A DNA stretch of 64,000 nt from Bacilli bacterium (GCA_038321575.1 JBBQFD010000001.1:2982-66981), one strand, 5' to 3'. Shown: positions 20,064 through 29,846, counted from the stretch's first letter. The notes: generated by a model from the sequence alone, not told the origin. Made by a program: numbers and translations.

Positions 20064-21497
20064 AAATTCACAGTTATCTGGTGTTCTTGGGAATGGTATT
20101 ACATCACGAATATTTTCAACCCCTGTTAGATAGATTAACAGTCTCTCAAAGCCCATTCCGAAACCACCGTGTTTACAACCACCATATTTTCTTAAATTAA
20201 TATACCACTCTAATTCTTCAGTTGAAACATTCATTTCTTGCATTCTTTTTTCTAACAATTCTAAACGTTCTTCCCTTTGTGATCCACCCATTAATTCGCC
20301 AGCTCCTGGCACAAGTAAATCAACAGCCGCAACTGTTTTATTATCATCATTTAAACGCATATAGAAAGCTTTAATATCTTTTGGCCAGTCTTTTACAAAA
20401 ACTGGCGATTTAAAGTGTTCTTCTGTTAAATATTTTTCGTGTTCGGTTGCTAAATCAGCACCCTGAACAGGTTTGTTTTCAAAGTTTTTGCCAGAACTTA
20501 ATAATAAGTCAATTGCTTCTTGATGTGTAATTCTAACGGCTTTTTTATCGAGTACCGCTTTTAATTTGTTAAGGATTCCTGGTTCAACAAACTTATCAAA
20601 GAACTCCATTTCAACAGTTGCATTATCTAAAACATATTTAATTAAATATTTTAAGAAGTCTTCTTCAATATCCATAACACCGTTTAAATCACAGAATGCT
20701 ATTTCTGGTTCAATCATCCAGAATTCTGATGCATGCGTTTTAGTATGTGATTTTTCAGCTCTAAAAGTTGGTCCAAAAGTATATACTTTTTTAAAAGCCA
20801 TCGCAAATGCTTCAGCTTGTAATTGACCCGATACTGTAAGTGAAGTATGTTTACCAAAAAAATCTTTAGTGTAATCAACTTCATTACTTTTAGCAATACG
20901 ATCTAAATCAAGAGTAGTTACTTGAAACATTTCCCCTGCACCTTCAGCATCGCTGCCAGTAATGATTGGGGCGTGAAAATATACATAACCACGTTCTTGG
21001 AAATAAGTATGAATAGCTTGTGCTACTATACTACGCATTCTAAAAACCGCTTGAAATAAGTTTGATCTTGGTCTTAAGTATGCCACTTCTCTTAAAAATT
21101 CACGTGTATGTCTTTTTGGTTGAATTGGGTAATCTTCAGGGCAATCACCCTCAAGAACGATACTAGCTAATTCTATTTCAAAAGCTTGCCCTGCAGCTGG
21201 TGAAGGAATTACTTTACCTTCTATTTTAACAGCTGATCCAACACGATATTTTTGAATATCTTCAAATTCTTTTAATCCTTCATGATAAACCACTTGCACT
21301 GATTTAAAATATGTTCCATCATAAAAATCAATAAAACCCATATCTTTTTGTTTACGATGATTCTTAATCCATCCTTCTAAAACAATGGTTTTATCCATTA
21401 AACTTTCTATTTCAGCATATAACTTTTTTACATCTATTATTTCCATAATATCCTCCTGTTTATTAATAAGGTTTTTATATATACAATTATAACACAA
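20061..21497 (-). CDS. asnS: asparagine--tRNA ligase
   Basis: The class II core has FRAEKSHTKTHASEFWMIEPE and GGSQREER. The likely true start is Met17 (MEIIDVKK, about 21449); the first 16 codons are probably an ORF-caller extension. Confidence 0.88.
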   Translation of the reverse strand: MCYNCIYKNLINKQEDIMEIIDVKKLYAEIESLMDKTIVLEGWIKNHRKQKDMGFIDFYDGTYFKSVQVVYHEGLKEFEDIQKYRVGSAVKIEGKVIPSPAAGQAFEIELASIVLEGDCPEDYPIQPKRHTREFLREVAYLRPRSNLFQAVFRMRSIVAQAIHTYFQERGYVYFHAPIITGSDAEGAGEMFQVTTLDLDRIAKSNEVDYTKDFFGKHTSLTVSGQLQAEAFAMAFKKVYTFGPTFRAEKSHTKTHASEFWMIEPEIAFCDLNGVMDIEEDFLKYLIKYVLDNATVEMEFFDKFVEPGILNKLKAVLDKKAVRITHQEAIDLLLSSGKNFENKPVQGADLATEHEKYLTEEHFKSPVFVKDWPKDIKAFYMRLNDDNKTVAAVDLLVPGAGELMGGSQREERLELLEKRMQEMNVSTEELEWYINLRKYGGCKHGGFGMGFERLLIYLTGVENIRDVIPFPRTPDNCEF

Positions 21498-21532
21498 AAT
21501 ATGATTTTAAAAGAAAAAAACAAGCATAATGC

Positions 21533-23509
21533 TTATTTTTTAAAACGATATTTAAAGTAATCTAATCTCTGTGTTTGTTCATAAACATACATATAATCAC
21601 TTACGCGTTTATTTACTGCTTGAATATATGTATCATCGACGGTTGGATCTATTTTCTTATTACCTCCACTTGAGGCATAATACATTGCTCGATTAGTAAT
21701 CCAACTACCATTAGTGAAGATAACGGTTGTTTCTTCATTTGAAAAATAATCTTTACCTTCGTAATAACGAGGATCATAATTTAAATCAAATAAATTAGCA
21801 ATCGTTGGTAAAATATCAAAAGTACTAGCTACTTTACTATAAACAGTTGGTGTTAATTTACTATTATAAATAATAAATGGTAAACGATCAATATTAAAAT
21901 CTTCATAACGATCAATTGGTGATGCTGAATTAAGATTTTCAATTCCCATATTTAATGGGTGATGATCCCCAAATATAGCAATAACTGTATTATCTAGTTT
22001 CCCTTTATCTTTTAAGGTCTTTAATAAATATGCAAGTGACCTATCTAATTCAATAGCTTTGGCCATATAACTTTTTATCTTATTTGAATAAGGTAAACCT
22101 GACACTAAACTCCAATTATGTTTGACAACACCGTTCATATCATCATATGGAAAGTGAGTGGTCGCCGTAATTATAAAACTAAAAAACTTATCTTGATCAA
22201 TAAAATGTGGAAGCGATTCTTCCATTAAATTTAAATCGCTAGGCCAACCTAGAATTGGTTTAATATTTAAGTCATCATTATTATAAAACTTTATTGATCC
22301 CATATTAGCGTGTAATATAGTTCTACTATAAAATTTATCAGAATAACTATGATATGAAGTATTATAATAATTATCGTTTTTAAATAAGTTAAACATTGAT
22401 GTTGTATAATCATTATTACGATATTCGTTTGGCACACATTCAGTAGGTATTGGTACTATTGAAGTAAGCGCAATATATTCACTTTCACCGGTTGTACAAC
22501 TATATTTAGGGGTATAGTAATTATCAAAATACCAACCCTCTTTAGACATCATATATAAAGTTGGTGTTAATTGTTCATTAATAGCAACCATATCAAATGC
22601 TTCAATCATAATTAAAATTAAATTCTTTCCCTTAAACTCACCCGTCATAATATTTTTAGGAGTTATACTTTGATTAATATAAAAATTATTTAAAGTGTTT
22701 AAAGTCGCATTGGTTTCACTAGCAATTGTTTGTTTCCATGTAGTATCATCTATTTTACGAGTAAAATCAGTCTCAACTGGTTTTGGTTTTGGTTTATCAA
22801 TGATAATTTTAGTAGTATCTTTGCTTGGGCTAACCATATAAACAATATCACGCCACAAAAAACGTGTTGCCCCAAATTGTCTAAGTGATAAATCAATTAA
22901 AACTGGTTTATTATATAATTCTTTATTAGTTTTTATTTGATTAGGACTACTAAAAAAGTTCATATTAACAGTAAACATTGATACAAAATGAAGAGAAATG
23001 ATTAATAAAACCGCCATCAAATCAATAAGTTTACTTTTTTTCTTATATACTATAATCTTCTTTTTAAAAATAAATAACAATAAAAATATTATGAATGGTA
23101 AAAAACATAAATAATATTCTAATTTAATATATTTAATAAAAGTAACAACGTATTCGGTCACTCTTCCAGCACCATCACCAGTAGCATTAAGTGACATATA
23201 ATTACCCATAAAATTAAAGAATCCTAATTGTAAAGTGGCATATAATCCAATTACAAAGATGGTAATTAAAATTAATTTCTTACTAATATTAGGTTTGAAA
23301 AAAGAATAAATAAACCCCAAGAAAATACTTAATGTAATACTAAATAATATAATACGAATTGATTCAAAAGCGAATATTTGCTTAAAAGCTATTATTTTGA
23401 AAACTGTTTCAATAAATAATATACTAAACAACAAAAAAATAAATATCTTCATAAAATATCGGGCTTTTGATAGTTGTTGTTCTTTATCTATCATATAATC
23501 ACCTAACAA
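21533..23509 (-). CDS. ltaS: lipoteichoic acid synthase family protein (LtaS-like sulfatase-fold membrane protein)
   Basis: Five N-terminal TM helices are followed by an extracellular alkaline-phosphatase/sulfatase-type domain (GDHHP, TATTHFPY). Confidence 0.75.
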   Translation of the reverse strand: MLGDYMIDKEQQLSKARYFMKIFIFLLFSILFIETVFKIIAFKQIFAFESIRIILFSITLSIFLGFIYSFFKPNISKKLILITIFVIGLYATLQLGFFNFMGNYMSLNATGDGAGRVTEYVVTFIKYIKLEYYLCFLPFIIFLLLFIFKKKIIVYKKKSKLIDLMAVLLIISLHFVSMFTVNMNFFSSPNQIKTNKELYNKPVLIDLSLRQFGATRFLWRDIVYMVSPSKDTTKIIIDKPKPKPVETDFTRKIDDTTWKQTIASETNATLNTLNNFYINQSITPKNIMTGEFKGKNLILIMIEAFDMVAINEQLTPTLYMMSKEGWYFDNYYTPKYSCTTGESEYIALTSIVPIPTECVPNEYRNNDYTTSMFNLFKNDNYYNTSYHSYSDKFYSRTILHANMGSIKFYNNDDLNIKPILGWPSDLNLMEESLPHFIDQDKFFSFIITATTHFPYDDMNGVVKHNWSLVSGLPYSNKIKSYMAKAIELDRSLAYLLKTLKDKGKLDNTVIAIFGDHHPLNMGIENLNSASPIDRYEDFNIDRLPFIIYNSKLTPTVYSKVASTFDILPTIANLFDLNYDPRYYEGKDYFSNEETTVIFTNGSWITNRAMYYASSGGNKKIDPTVDDTYIQAVNKRVSDYMYVYEQTQRLDYFKYRFKK

Positions 23510-23538
23510 TATTATACTACTTATTTATTTTTTTAAAA

Positions 23539-24951
23539 CTATAATTTAATCGTAACTGATGTTCCTTTATTTTTAGAACTCTTAATATCAATGCCATATT
23601 CATGAGCATCAGCAATGTATTTAGCAATGCATAAGCCAAGTCCATAACCTTTCTCTTTACTATCAACTCGGTAATAGCAATTGAATATTTGTTCTAAATC
23701 ATTTTTAGCCATACCAATACCATGATCATTTATTCTCAGCATCTTATCATTAATGATAATTGATATATCCGTGTTTTCATTAGAATATTTAATCGCATTA
23801 TCTAAGAAAATAGTTATTAATTGACGAACCTTAGTATAATCAGCATTGATCATTTGTTTTAATTTAGTTTTAATTATGATATTAATTTTAATATTCTTTT
23901 TTTGTGCTATTTCGCGCATATCAATAACAATATCATTAACTAATTGTTGTAAATCTAAATCTTCTTTTTTTAAGATTACTTTACCAGCTTGGAAATGATT
24001 TAAATCAAGTAATTCATTAACTAATGTTTCTAAAGTTTGTGTGTTATTAATTATTTTATCATACACTTCATCGCTTGCTTTAATTGTTTTATCTTTAAGA
24101 TTTAACGTATAACCACGGATTAAAGTAAGTGGTGTTTTAAACTCATGTGAGACATTCGCTACTAATTCCTTAGCACGACCCTCTAATTCTTTAATATCAT
24201 TAATATTTCGGTCAATTTCAACTGTCATTTGATCTATTGTTTTTGCTAAATCACCAATTTGATCATCACGTATAATATTAGTTTTAATTGCATAATTACC
24301 CTTACGAATCTCATCAGCAACTTCCGTAATTCTTTCAATTGGTTTAGTAAAATAGTTTGAATAAATAATTCCTAAAATAGTACTTACCATTAACGATATT
24401 AATAAACTAATATAAATCAACATGTTAAATGAGCTATACGCTGTATAAACGCTTTCAACATCCCTGTGTAAAAAAATTGTTCCGATAATACTGTTACCAT
24501 TCATTATTGGTGCATAAGCCGTAATTGTTTTAGTCTTAAAATAATCACTATATTTATAAGTAATTCCACTATTGCTATTTTTTATAAAACTGCTGTTCAA
24601 AGTTTTTACATTACTTAAAAAGTTTGAACAACAGGTCGTTAAAACAACTTCGCCATTACTTTCAATGACCCATAAATCGATGTCCGACATATTATGTATT
24701 GATTGCCAAAAAATATCCTTTGGGCGAGGATTTATTGGGTCAATTAATGATCGACCCACATCAGCAAGCTGTTCTGCTTTTATAATTAATTCTTGTTCCG
24801 TTTTATTAATTGATAATTGGCGGTATTGGGTTAAAAAGATAATAGCAATAATTAAAGTTGAAATAAAAACAATCGAAGAAATACCCACTGTTAGTTGGGT
24901 ATTTATATCGTTAAATTTATTTTTTAAATGTTCACTCTTCAAGTTCTTCAA
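23539..24951 (-). CDS. sensor histidine kinase
   Basis: The protein has a TM region, an extracellular loop, a second TM, a HAMP domain, HisKA (VSHEFKTPLT) and HATPase_c (GYGLGLCIAKYI). It overlaps the response-regulator gene. Confidence 0.88.
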   Translation of the reverse strand: MKNLKSEHLKNKFNDINTQLTVGISSIVFISTLIIAIIFLTQYRQLSINKTEQELIIKAEQLADVGRSLIDPINPRPKDIFWQSIHNMSDIDLWVIESNGEVVLTTCCSNFLSNVKTLNSSFIKNSNSGITYKYSDYFKTKTITAYAPIMNGNSIIGTIFLHRDVESVYTAYSSFNMLIYISLLISLMVSTILGIIYSNYFTKPIERITEVADEIRKGNYAIKTNIIRDDQIGDLAKTIDQMTVEIDRNINDIKELEGRAKELVANVSHEFKTPLTLIRGYTLNLKDKTIKASDEVYDKIINNTQTLETLVNELLDLNHFQAGKVILKKEDLDLQQLVNDIVIDMREIAQKKNIKINIIIKTKLKQMINADYTKVRQLITIFLDNAIKYSNENTDISIIINDKMLRINDHGIGMAKNDLEQIFNCYYRVDSKEKGYGLGLCIAKYIADAHEYGIDIKSSKNKGTSVTIKL

Positions 24952-25621
24952 ACTTATAACCTACTCCCCAAACTGTTTTGATATCCCATTTTAATTCATT
25001 AGTTACTAAACAAATTTTTGCACGTAATCGTTTAATATGAGTATCGACAGTTCTTATATCACCAAAGTATTCATCACCCCATAGCATATCCAAAAGGATT
25101 TCTCTAGAATAAACTCTACTTGGGTGTTGAGCAAGTAAATAAAGTATTTCCATTTCTTTTTTAGTTAATACTAATTGATGATTATCAATTGAAGCTGTAT
25201 AATTACGCATGTTAATATCTAAGTTACTGATTTTTAATTCAGCATCACTGCTTTCAACTTTTAATCTACGCATTAAAGCTTTAATTTTAGCAATAACTTG
25301 TTTTGGACTAAAAGGTTTAACAATGTAATCATCAGCTCCAACATCTAATCCCATTATCACATCTTCATCTTGAGTTTTAGCGGTTATCATTATGATTGGA
25401 ATATCGGATTCTGACCTGATTTTTTTACAAACTGTCATGCCATCCATCTTAGGCATCATAACATCTAAGAGTATTAAATCAAATTTGGAAGATTTAAATA
25501 ATTCAAGTGCCATCAGCCCATCATATGCAACAGTAATATGATATTCTTCTAGTTTAAAATGAGGGGTCATTAATTCTATAATATCTTTATTGTCATCAAC
25601 CATTAATATTGATAATTTCAT
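24932..25621 (-). CDS. OmpR-family response regulator
   Basis: The receiver domain has D-D-K residues (LMVDDN...LLDVMMP). The winged-helix output has RVYSREILLDMLWG and a GYKF-like motif. Confidence 0.9.
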   Translation of the reverse strand: MKLSILMVDDNKDIIELMTPHFKLEEYHITVAYDGLMALELFKSSKFDLILLDVMMPKMDGMTVCKKIRSESDIPIIMITAKTQDEDVIMGLDVGADDYIVKPFSPKQVIAKIKALMRRLKVESSDAELKISNLDINMRNYTASIDNHQLVLTKKEMEILYLLAQHPSRVYSREILLDMLWGDEYFGDIRTVDTHIKRLRAKICLVTNELKWDIKTVWGVGYKFEELEE

Positions 25622-26016
25622 AAAATCACCTTTATACTATTTTAACACAAATTGAAGATGTGTGCTTATTTCATTTATTTAGTTTTTTTTCGTTATTAAT
25701 CATTATCAACCCTCTTCCTTGTTTAATCTCCGCAACCATCTTTATCTTTTCTATCAGTATTCATTTCCATTGCGGTGACAATGTTTTAAATCCATCATCT
25801 TTATATATTTGGAAATTACTACTGACGATATAATTTCGATAATTAATTGAATCTACATCAGCTATATCATCCTCCTTAACAATTATTTATACTTAAATAT
25901 TCTTCTTTCTTAACTTAAGTATATTTCTATATTATGTCTTTTTTATGTCATTATAAAAAAACTTTTATTATTTTGTAAATAAAAAAGACCCAAGAAATCT
26001 TGGATCTTTTTATTGT

Positions 26017-26244
26017 TTATTTTACTAAGAAATTAATGATATTAGTTAAGAATAATCCTCCAACTAAACCTGTTAATAAGGCTAAGACTAGAGCATCCGC
26101 ATACCCCTTATTATTATTGATTGGGTATTTACCAATAGTTTTTTGAACACCTTTTTCATGACGTTCTTTATTAACTACCAAGCTATTACGATACTCTTTC
26201 AGTTGTTTAAATAACTGTTCTCTTGGGCTTAAATTCTTTTCCAC
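26017..26244 (-). CDS. small membrane protein (75 aa)
   Basis: A basic N-terminus is followed by one C-terminal TM helix. A terminator hairpin follows. Confidence 0.45.
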   Translation of the reverse strand: MEKNLSPREQLFKQLKEYRNSLVVNKERHEKGVQKTIGKYPINNNKGYADALVLALLTGLVGGLFLTNIINFLVK

Positions 26245-26285
26245 CAGACACCTCTTTCATATATAACATCATTATATCATAATAA

Positions 26286-26314
26286 ATAAAAAAACTACTC
26301 TAATGAGTAGTTTA
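26286..26314 (-). terminator. terminator following tRNA-Ala
   Basis: The hairpin aaactactc-taat-gagtagttt is followed on the minus strand by a U-run. Confidence 0.55.
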
Positions 26315-26325
26315 AATGTCAACCT

Positions 26326-26402
26326 GGTGGAGAATAAGGGACTCGAACCCTTGACCCCCTGCGTGCAAGGCAGGTGCTCTAGCCAACTGAGCTAATTCCC
26401 CA
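26326..26402 (-). tRNA. tRNA-Ala (anticodon TGC)
   Basis: The reverse complement reads GGGGAATTAGCTCAGTTGGCTAGAGCACCTGCCTTGCACGCAGGGGGTCAAGGGTTCGAGTCCCTTATTCTCCACCA. A G3:U70 pair is present. Confidence 0.9.
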
Positions 26403-26429
26403 AAATATAATTTGGTTGAACACTCAAAA

Positions 26430-26458
26430 TTATAGCATATATATATAGTGTTGGCAAT
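26430..26458 (-). promoter_or_regulatory. sigma-A-type promoter for tRNA-Ala
   Basis: On the minus strand a -35 TTGCCA, a 17-nt spacer and a -10 TATAAT lie about 27 nt upstream of the tRNA 5' end. Confidence 0.5.
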
Positions 26459-26534
26459 ATCATTTTAATTATATTTAATATATTATTAAAGAAAAAAGTA
26501 AATTAATGATTTACTTTTTTAAAAATTGTTGTTA

Positions 26535-27251
26535 TTATTTTTTACTCTTATGTTCCACTTTAACATATTCATGATAAATAGGTGCTATCTTAAAGGTTAA
26601 GATAAGGGCAAATATAATCGCAAATCCACACATAATTGATGCAATACCAACCCTTGTTATTGGCAATAGTATATATACTAAAGTAAGTGGTAAGATAAAT
26701 GATAAATACCCTATTATAAGCCATTTAAGAGCCTTTTTAATCTTTTCCTTATTATGTTCCAACTTAATACCTTTAACTGCTTCCCAGATACCTAAAAGCA
26801 AGAATCCAAAGTAATAGAATCCATATAAACTATGTATACTTGTTTGGATATTAAAAATAACATAATTACCACCACAAGATACCCCTTGAATTGATTGCGG
26901 TACAAAGACAAAGTAAGCAGCAAAAGCGATTGCTATAAAGTAATAAAATCTAAGTAAATACGAACCCTTGCCTAATTTAGATATTAAATATAGTCCAACC
27001 ACTGGCAAGAACGTTATACAGAATAACCCAAGTCGTGCCCAGAATAATAAATCTGAACCTCCACATATTTGGTATTCTGATAACTGAAAGATTGCTAAAA
27101 ATACTAATGTAATAACGATTCCAATATCAGATTTAGCTTTATGGCTCTTATAAAGTGTGTATATAGCTAACGCTATTTCTATTACAAATGTAATAATCAT
27201 TATAAGTGGTGAGAAACAATATAAAGTCATTCTTCCTTTGTCTTTTTTCAT
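26535..27251 (-). CDS. seven-helix integral membrane protein (possible 7TM sensor module)
   Basis: The 238-aa protein has seven predicted hydrophobic helices. It lies 66 nt downstream of the HD-domain gene. Confidence 0.5.
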   Translation of the reverse strand: MKKDKGRMTLYCFSPLIMIITFVIEIALAIYTLYKSHKAKSDIGIVITLVFLAIFQLSEYQICGGSDLLFWARLGLFCITFLPVVGLYLISKLGKGSYLLRFYYFIAIAFAAYFVFVPQSIQGVSCGGNYVIFNIQTSIHSLYGFYYFGFLLLGIWEAVKGIKLEHNKEKIKKALKWLIIGYLSFILPLTLVYILLPITRVGIASIMCGFAIIFALILTFKIAPIYHEYVKVEHKSKK

Positions 27252-27317
27252 AAATGTATAGTCTCCAATTCTAATTTAATTGATTTCTTAATTTTACAAT
27301 ATAACTTAAATTATTTT

Positions 27318-27968
27318 CTATGTTTTATTCTCTATATTATTAACCTCTTTAAATTTTTCTATAAATTTGCTTTTATCGATTAATAATTCACTTACTAATC
27401 TTAAATAATTCTTATATGCTTCATCTTGAATATACATCTTGGCATATCCATCGATCCCGAACTTTTCTGTTATGTGCTTATATGATCGTTCTATTTGTTG
27501 ATCTAAAGTTAAGTTTGGGAAATGTTTTAGTCCATATAAGTAAGTTCTTTTAACGGCCATATCAACATCTATATTTCTATCAGCCGAAGATAATAATTTA
27601 CCATAAATACTTCGTGGTTCACTTTTCAAAGAAGCTCTGTGATCTTCAATTGCTTCTTTGATAATCACTAATTCCTGTGGTGTAAAAAAGTCTTTTACTG
27701 CTTCATCTTTAAAAAACATTTGTGCTGAAACCATTTCATGGTTTTTAGCATCTACATGATGCCCAATATCATGATAAGCGGCGGCAGCATATATCATATT
27801 TGAATTAAGATTTAATTCGTGATTTAATTCAAAACTTCTTTTAATAACATAATTAATATGACTAATATCATGTGCTTTATCGTTTTTGTCATATATAGGG
27901 AAAACATTAATTTCTATGTATTTAATTAATTGCTCATTATCCATTGTTTTTTTCAAATTAATCACCAA
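27318..27968 (-). CDS. HD-domain phosphohydrolase
   Basis: YAAAAYHDIGHHVD plus downstream His/Asp residues typical of the HD superfamily are present. Confidence 0.75.
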   Translation of the reverse strand: MVINLKKTMDNEQLIKYIEINVFPIYDKNDKAHDISHINYVIKRSFELNHELNLNSNMIYAAAAYHDIGHHVDAKNHEMVSAQMFFKDEAVKDFFTPQELVIIKEAIEDHRASLKSEPRSIYGKLLSSADRNIDVDMAVKRTYLYGLKHFPNLTLDQQIERSYKHITEKFGIDGYAKMYIQDEAYKNYLRLVSELLIDKSKFIEKFKEVNNIENKT

Positions 27969-28077
27969 GATTATTATAACATGTTTTACAAAAAATGAAG
28001 CAATAGTGAAGTGAAACTTATTTTGGACACCTTATAAAAAACAAAAAAACTCTTATAAAATAAGAGTTCATTATCAA

Positions 28078-28120
28078 ATGGTCGGGAAATAAAGGGGATT
28101 CCCAAATTTTTATTTTTACT
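28078..28120. repeat. degenerate copy of the tRNA-Pro 3' end (att-like direct repeat a)
   Basis: The sequence aatggtcgggaaataaaggggattcccaaattttt shares its first 14 nt with the tRNA-Pro 3' end at 29505..29520 (aatggtcgggaaa). Confidence 0.6.
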
Positions 28121-28682
28121 ATTTAATTATTTTTTTTAACAGCTCGATTAACTTATCAAATACTTCTTCTCTATTTATTGATGTGTCTTTATATATAAAG
28201 CCTTTTTCTTTACATATATTTTTATTTTCTTGCTCTATTTTATGTATATCACCAAAATGAGACTTAATTTTATCATAAGACCAATCATGTGTGTAATCAT
28301 TTCTATTATCATTTTTCATTATATTTTGAATAATATCTTCGTTTGTTAAATTGTTGTGACCTAAAAATATTACTATATCATCATCGTTTAATAGCTTTCT
28401 TGCCATTTCAGAATCAATCAACGAACCCTCAACAATACTACCATATTTATTCTTGTTAAATTCTCTATTCCAATTGACAAATTCAACAAGGAATTCTGGA
28501 AACACAGTTACTCTTGCCTCGCTATATCTATTACCCATATCCAAATTGGGCAATGCTTTTATGAAACCATTCCTAACCGCTTCCATTGATACTAATGTGT
28601 ATTGCGGGAATTTTTCTTTAATCATACTTGCTAAAGTTGACTTGCCACTTCTTGCAGTTCCTAAAATATATATATTTTTCAT
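28119..28682 (-). CDS. P-loop NTPase / small-molecule kinase-like protein (AAA_33 / zeta-toxin-like fold)
   Basis: An N-terminal Walker A (ILGTARSGKSTLA) and a later hhhhD Walker B-like stretch (IVIFLGHNN) are present in a 187-aa protein. Confidence 0.6.
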   Translation of the reverse strand: MKNIYILGTARSGKSTLASMIKEKFPQYTLVSMEAVRNGFIKALPNLDMGNRYSEARVTVFPEFLVEFVNWNREFNKNKYGSIVEGSLIDSEMARKLLNDDDIVIFLGHNNLTNEDIIQNIMKNDNRNDYTHDWSYDKIKSHFGDIHKIEQENKNICKEKGFIYKDTSINREEVFDKLIELLKKIIK

Positions 28683-28800
28683 TTCATACTCCTCTCATTA
28701 TTAATTAAATTATACATTATTATGCCAAAAATTAAAAGTCATAGAACTTTTATATTCCATGACTTATTAATAAAAAACCAACAATTTGGGTATCTTTTAA

Positions 28801-28845
28801 AATGGTCGAGATATAAAAGGGACTCCCAAATTTTTGTTATTTCTT
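28801..28845. repeat. degenerate copy of the tRNA-Pro 3' end and downstream flank (att-like direct repeat b)
   Basis: The sequence aaatggtcgagatataaaagggactcccaaatttttgtt is preceded by cttttaaa, as is the tRNA-Pro 3' end. Confidence 0.6.
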
Positions 28846-28854
28846 GTTTTTAAA

Positions 28855-29412
28855 TTAACGGTTTTTTTCTATTATATTCTTATATACCTCAATTAAATCT
28901 TTATCCATCATATTTTCAGGCAATGTTTCTAAAGAAAAGAATTTTAATCCTCTGGATTCTTTCATAGACTGAAAATATCCATTTCCTTTATCAATTATTT
29001 CTTGATAATTGCTTCCTAATGTTCCAAAGTATTTTTTTGTTATATACAACATTGTATTATTATACACAATATCGCCATTTGGGTATGAATTTTTTCTGGT
29101 TTCGCCAGATACGGCTTTTACAAGCACTAAATTTTCAGCTTCAGCAGTTAGCCCTGTTTCTTCAGCTAGTTCTCTTGTGGCAACCTCTTCAAATGTTTCC
29201 CCTAATTCTTGTAATCCACCAGGAATACACCATAAATCGCGATCAGTACGATGTTGTAATAATATTTCGCCACTCTCATTAACAACAATAATAGCGCTTC
29301 CATTTTGAAATAAAGGCATGTTTCTAAATTCGTTTTTTAATGCGTTTCTCAATTTTAAAATATAGCTCAAAATTTTCTCCATATTAAATCTCCTGCAAAT
29401 ATAATATAACAT
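28855..29412 (-). CDS. NUDIX hydrolase
   Basis: A Nudix box is present (GGLQELGETFEEVATRELAEETG). The true start is probably MEKILSY, about 29382. Confidence 0.8.
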   Translation of the reverse strand: MLYYICRRFNMEKILSYILKLRNALKNEFRNMPLFQNGSAIIVVNESGEILLQHRTDRDLWCIPGGLQELGETFEEVATRELAEETGLTAEAENLVLVKAVSGETRKNSYPNGDIVYNNTMLYITKKYFGTLGSNYQEIIDKGNGYFQSMKESRGLKFFSLETLPENMMDKDLIEVYKNIIEKNR

Positions 29413-29507
29413 AATATATTGTTTTTAGAAAGAAAAACCGTGGAATTTTATATTGCTCCAACGATTTTTTATGTTAATTCCCAAAAAGTTGGGAAACTCT
29501 TTTAAAA

Positions 29508-29584
29508 TGGTCGGGAAAACAGGATTTGAACCTGCAACCTCCTGGTCCCAAACCAGGCGCACTACCAAGTTGTGCTATTTCCCG
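29508..29584 (-). tRNA. tRNA-Pro (anticodon TGG)
   Basis: The reverse complement reads CGGGAAATAGCACAACTTGGTAGTGCGCCTGGTTTGGGACCAGGAGGTTGCAGGTTCAAATCCTGTTTTCCCGACCA. Confidence 0.88.
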
Positions 29585-29588
29585 AAAC

Positions 29589-29665
29589 TGGTGCGCCCGG
29601 TGGGAGTCGAACCTGCAACCTTTTGATCCGTAGTCAAACGCTCTATCCAATTGAGCTACGGGCGC
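29589..29665 (-). tRNA. tRNA-Arg (anticodon ACG)
   Basis: The reverse complement reads GCGCCCGTAGCTCAATTGGATAGAGCGTTTGACTACGGATCAAAAGGTTGCAGGTTCGACTCCCACCGGGCGCACCA. Confidence 0.88.
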
Positions 29666-29686
29666 ACATATATATTTATCATTAAA

Positions 29687-29762
29687 TGGTGGCTTCGGTC
29701 GGAATCGAACCAACGACACCTTGATCTTCAATCAAGTGCTCTACCAACTGAGCTACAAAGCC
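29687..29762 (-). tRNA. tRNA-Phe (anticodon GAA)
   Basis: The reverse complement reads GGCTTTGTAGCTCAGTTGGTAGAGCACTTGATTGAAGATCAAGGTGTCGTTGGTTCGATTCCGACCGAAGCCACCA. Confidence 0.88.
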
Positions 29763-29770
29763 ATAATAAA

Positions 29771-29846
29771 TGGCGGTCCCGACGAGAATCGAACTCGCGA
29801 TCTTCTGCGTGACAGGCAGACGTGATAACCGCTACACTACAGGACC
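29771..29846 (-). tRNA. tRNA-Asp (anticodon GTC)
   Basis: The reverse complement reads GGTCCTGTAGTGTAGCGGTTATCACGTCTGCCTGTCACGCAGAAGATCGCGAGTTCGATTCTCGTCGGGACCGCCA. Confidence 0.88.

Noticed and set aside
20061-21497. CxxC-containing N-terminal extension (MCYNCIYKNLINKQED) on AsnRS
   Set aside because: The conserved AsnRS N-terminus begins at the internal Met (MEIIDVKK). The extension is most likely an ORF-finder artefact, not a zinc-binding appendage.
25622-26016. ~395-nt non-coding leader upstream of the two-component operon, with candidate mini-ORFs (14 aa and 22 aa) and an AGGAGG followed by ATG-ATA-TAG
   Set aside because: No ORF has a convincing RBS plus length. I could not match any riboswitch or tRNA consensus. 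It is probably a long 5' UTR/promoter region. Worth an Rfam scan but unsupported.
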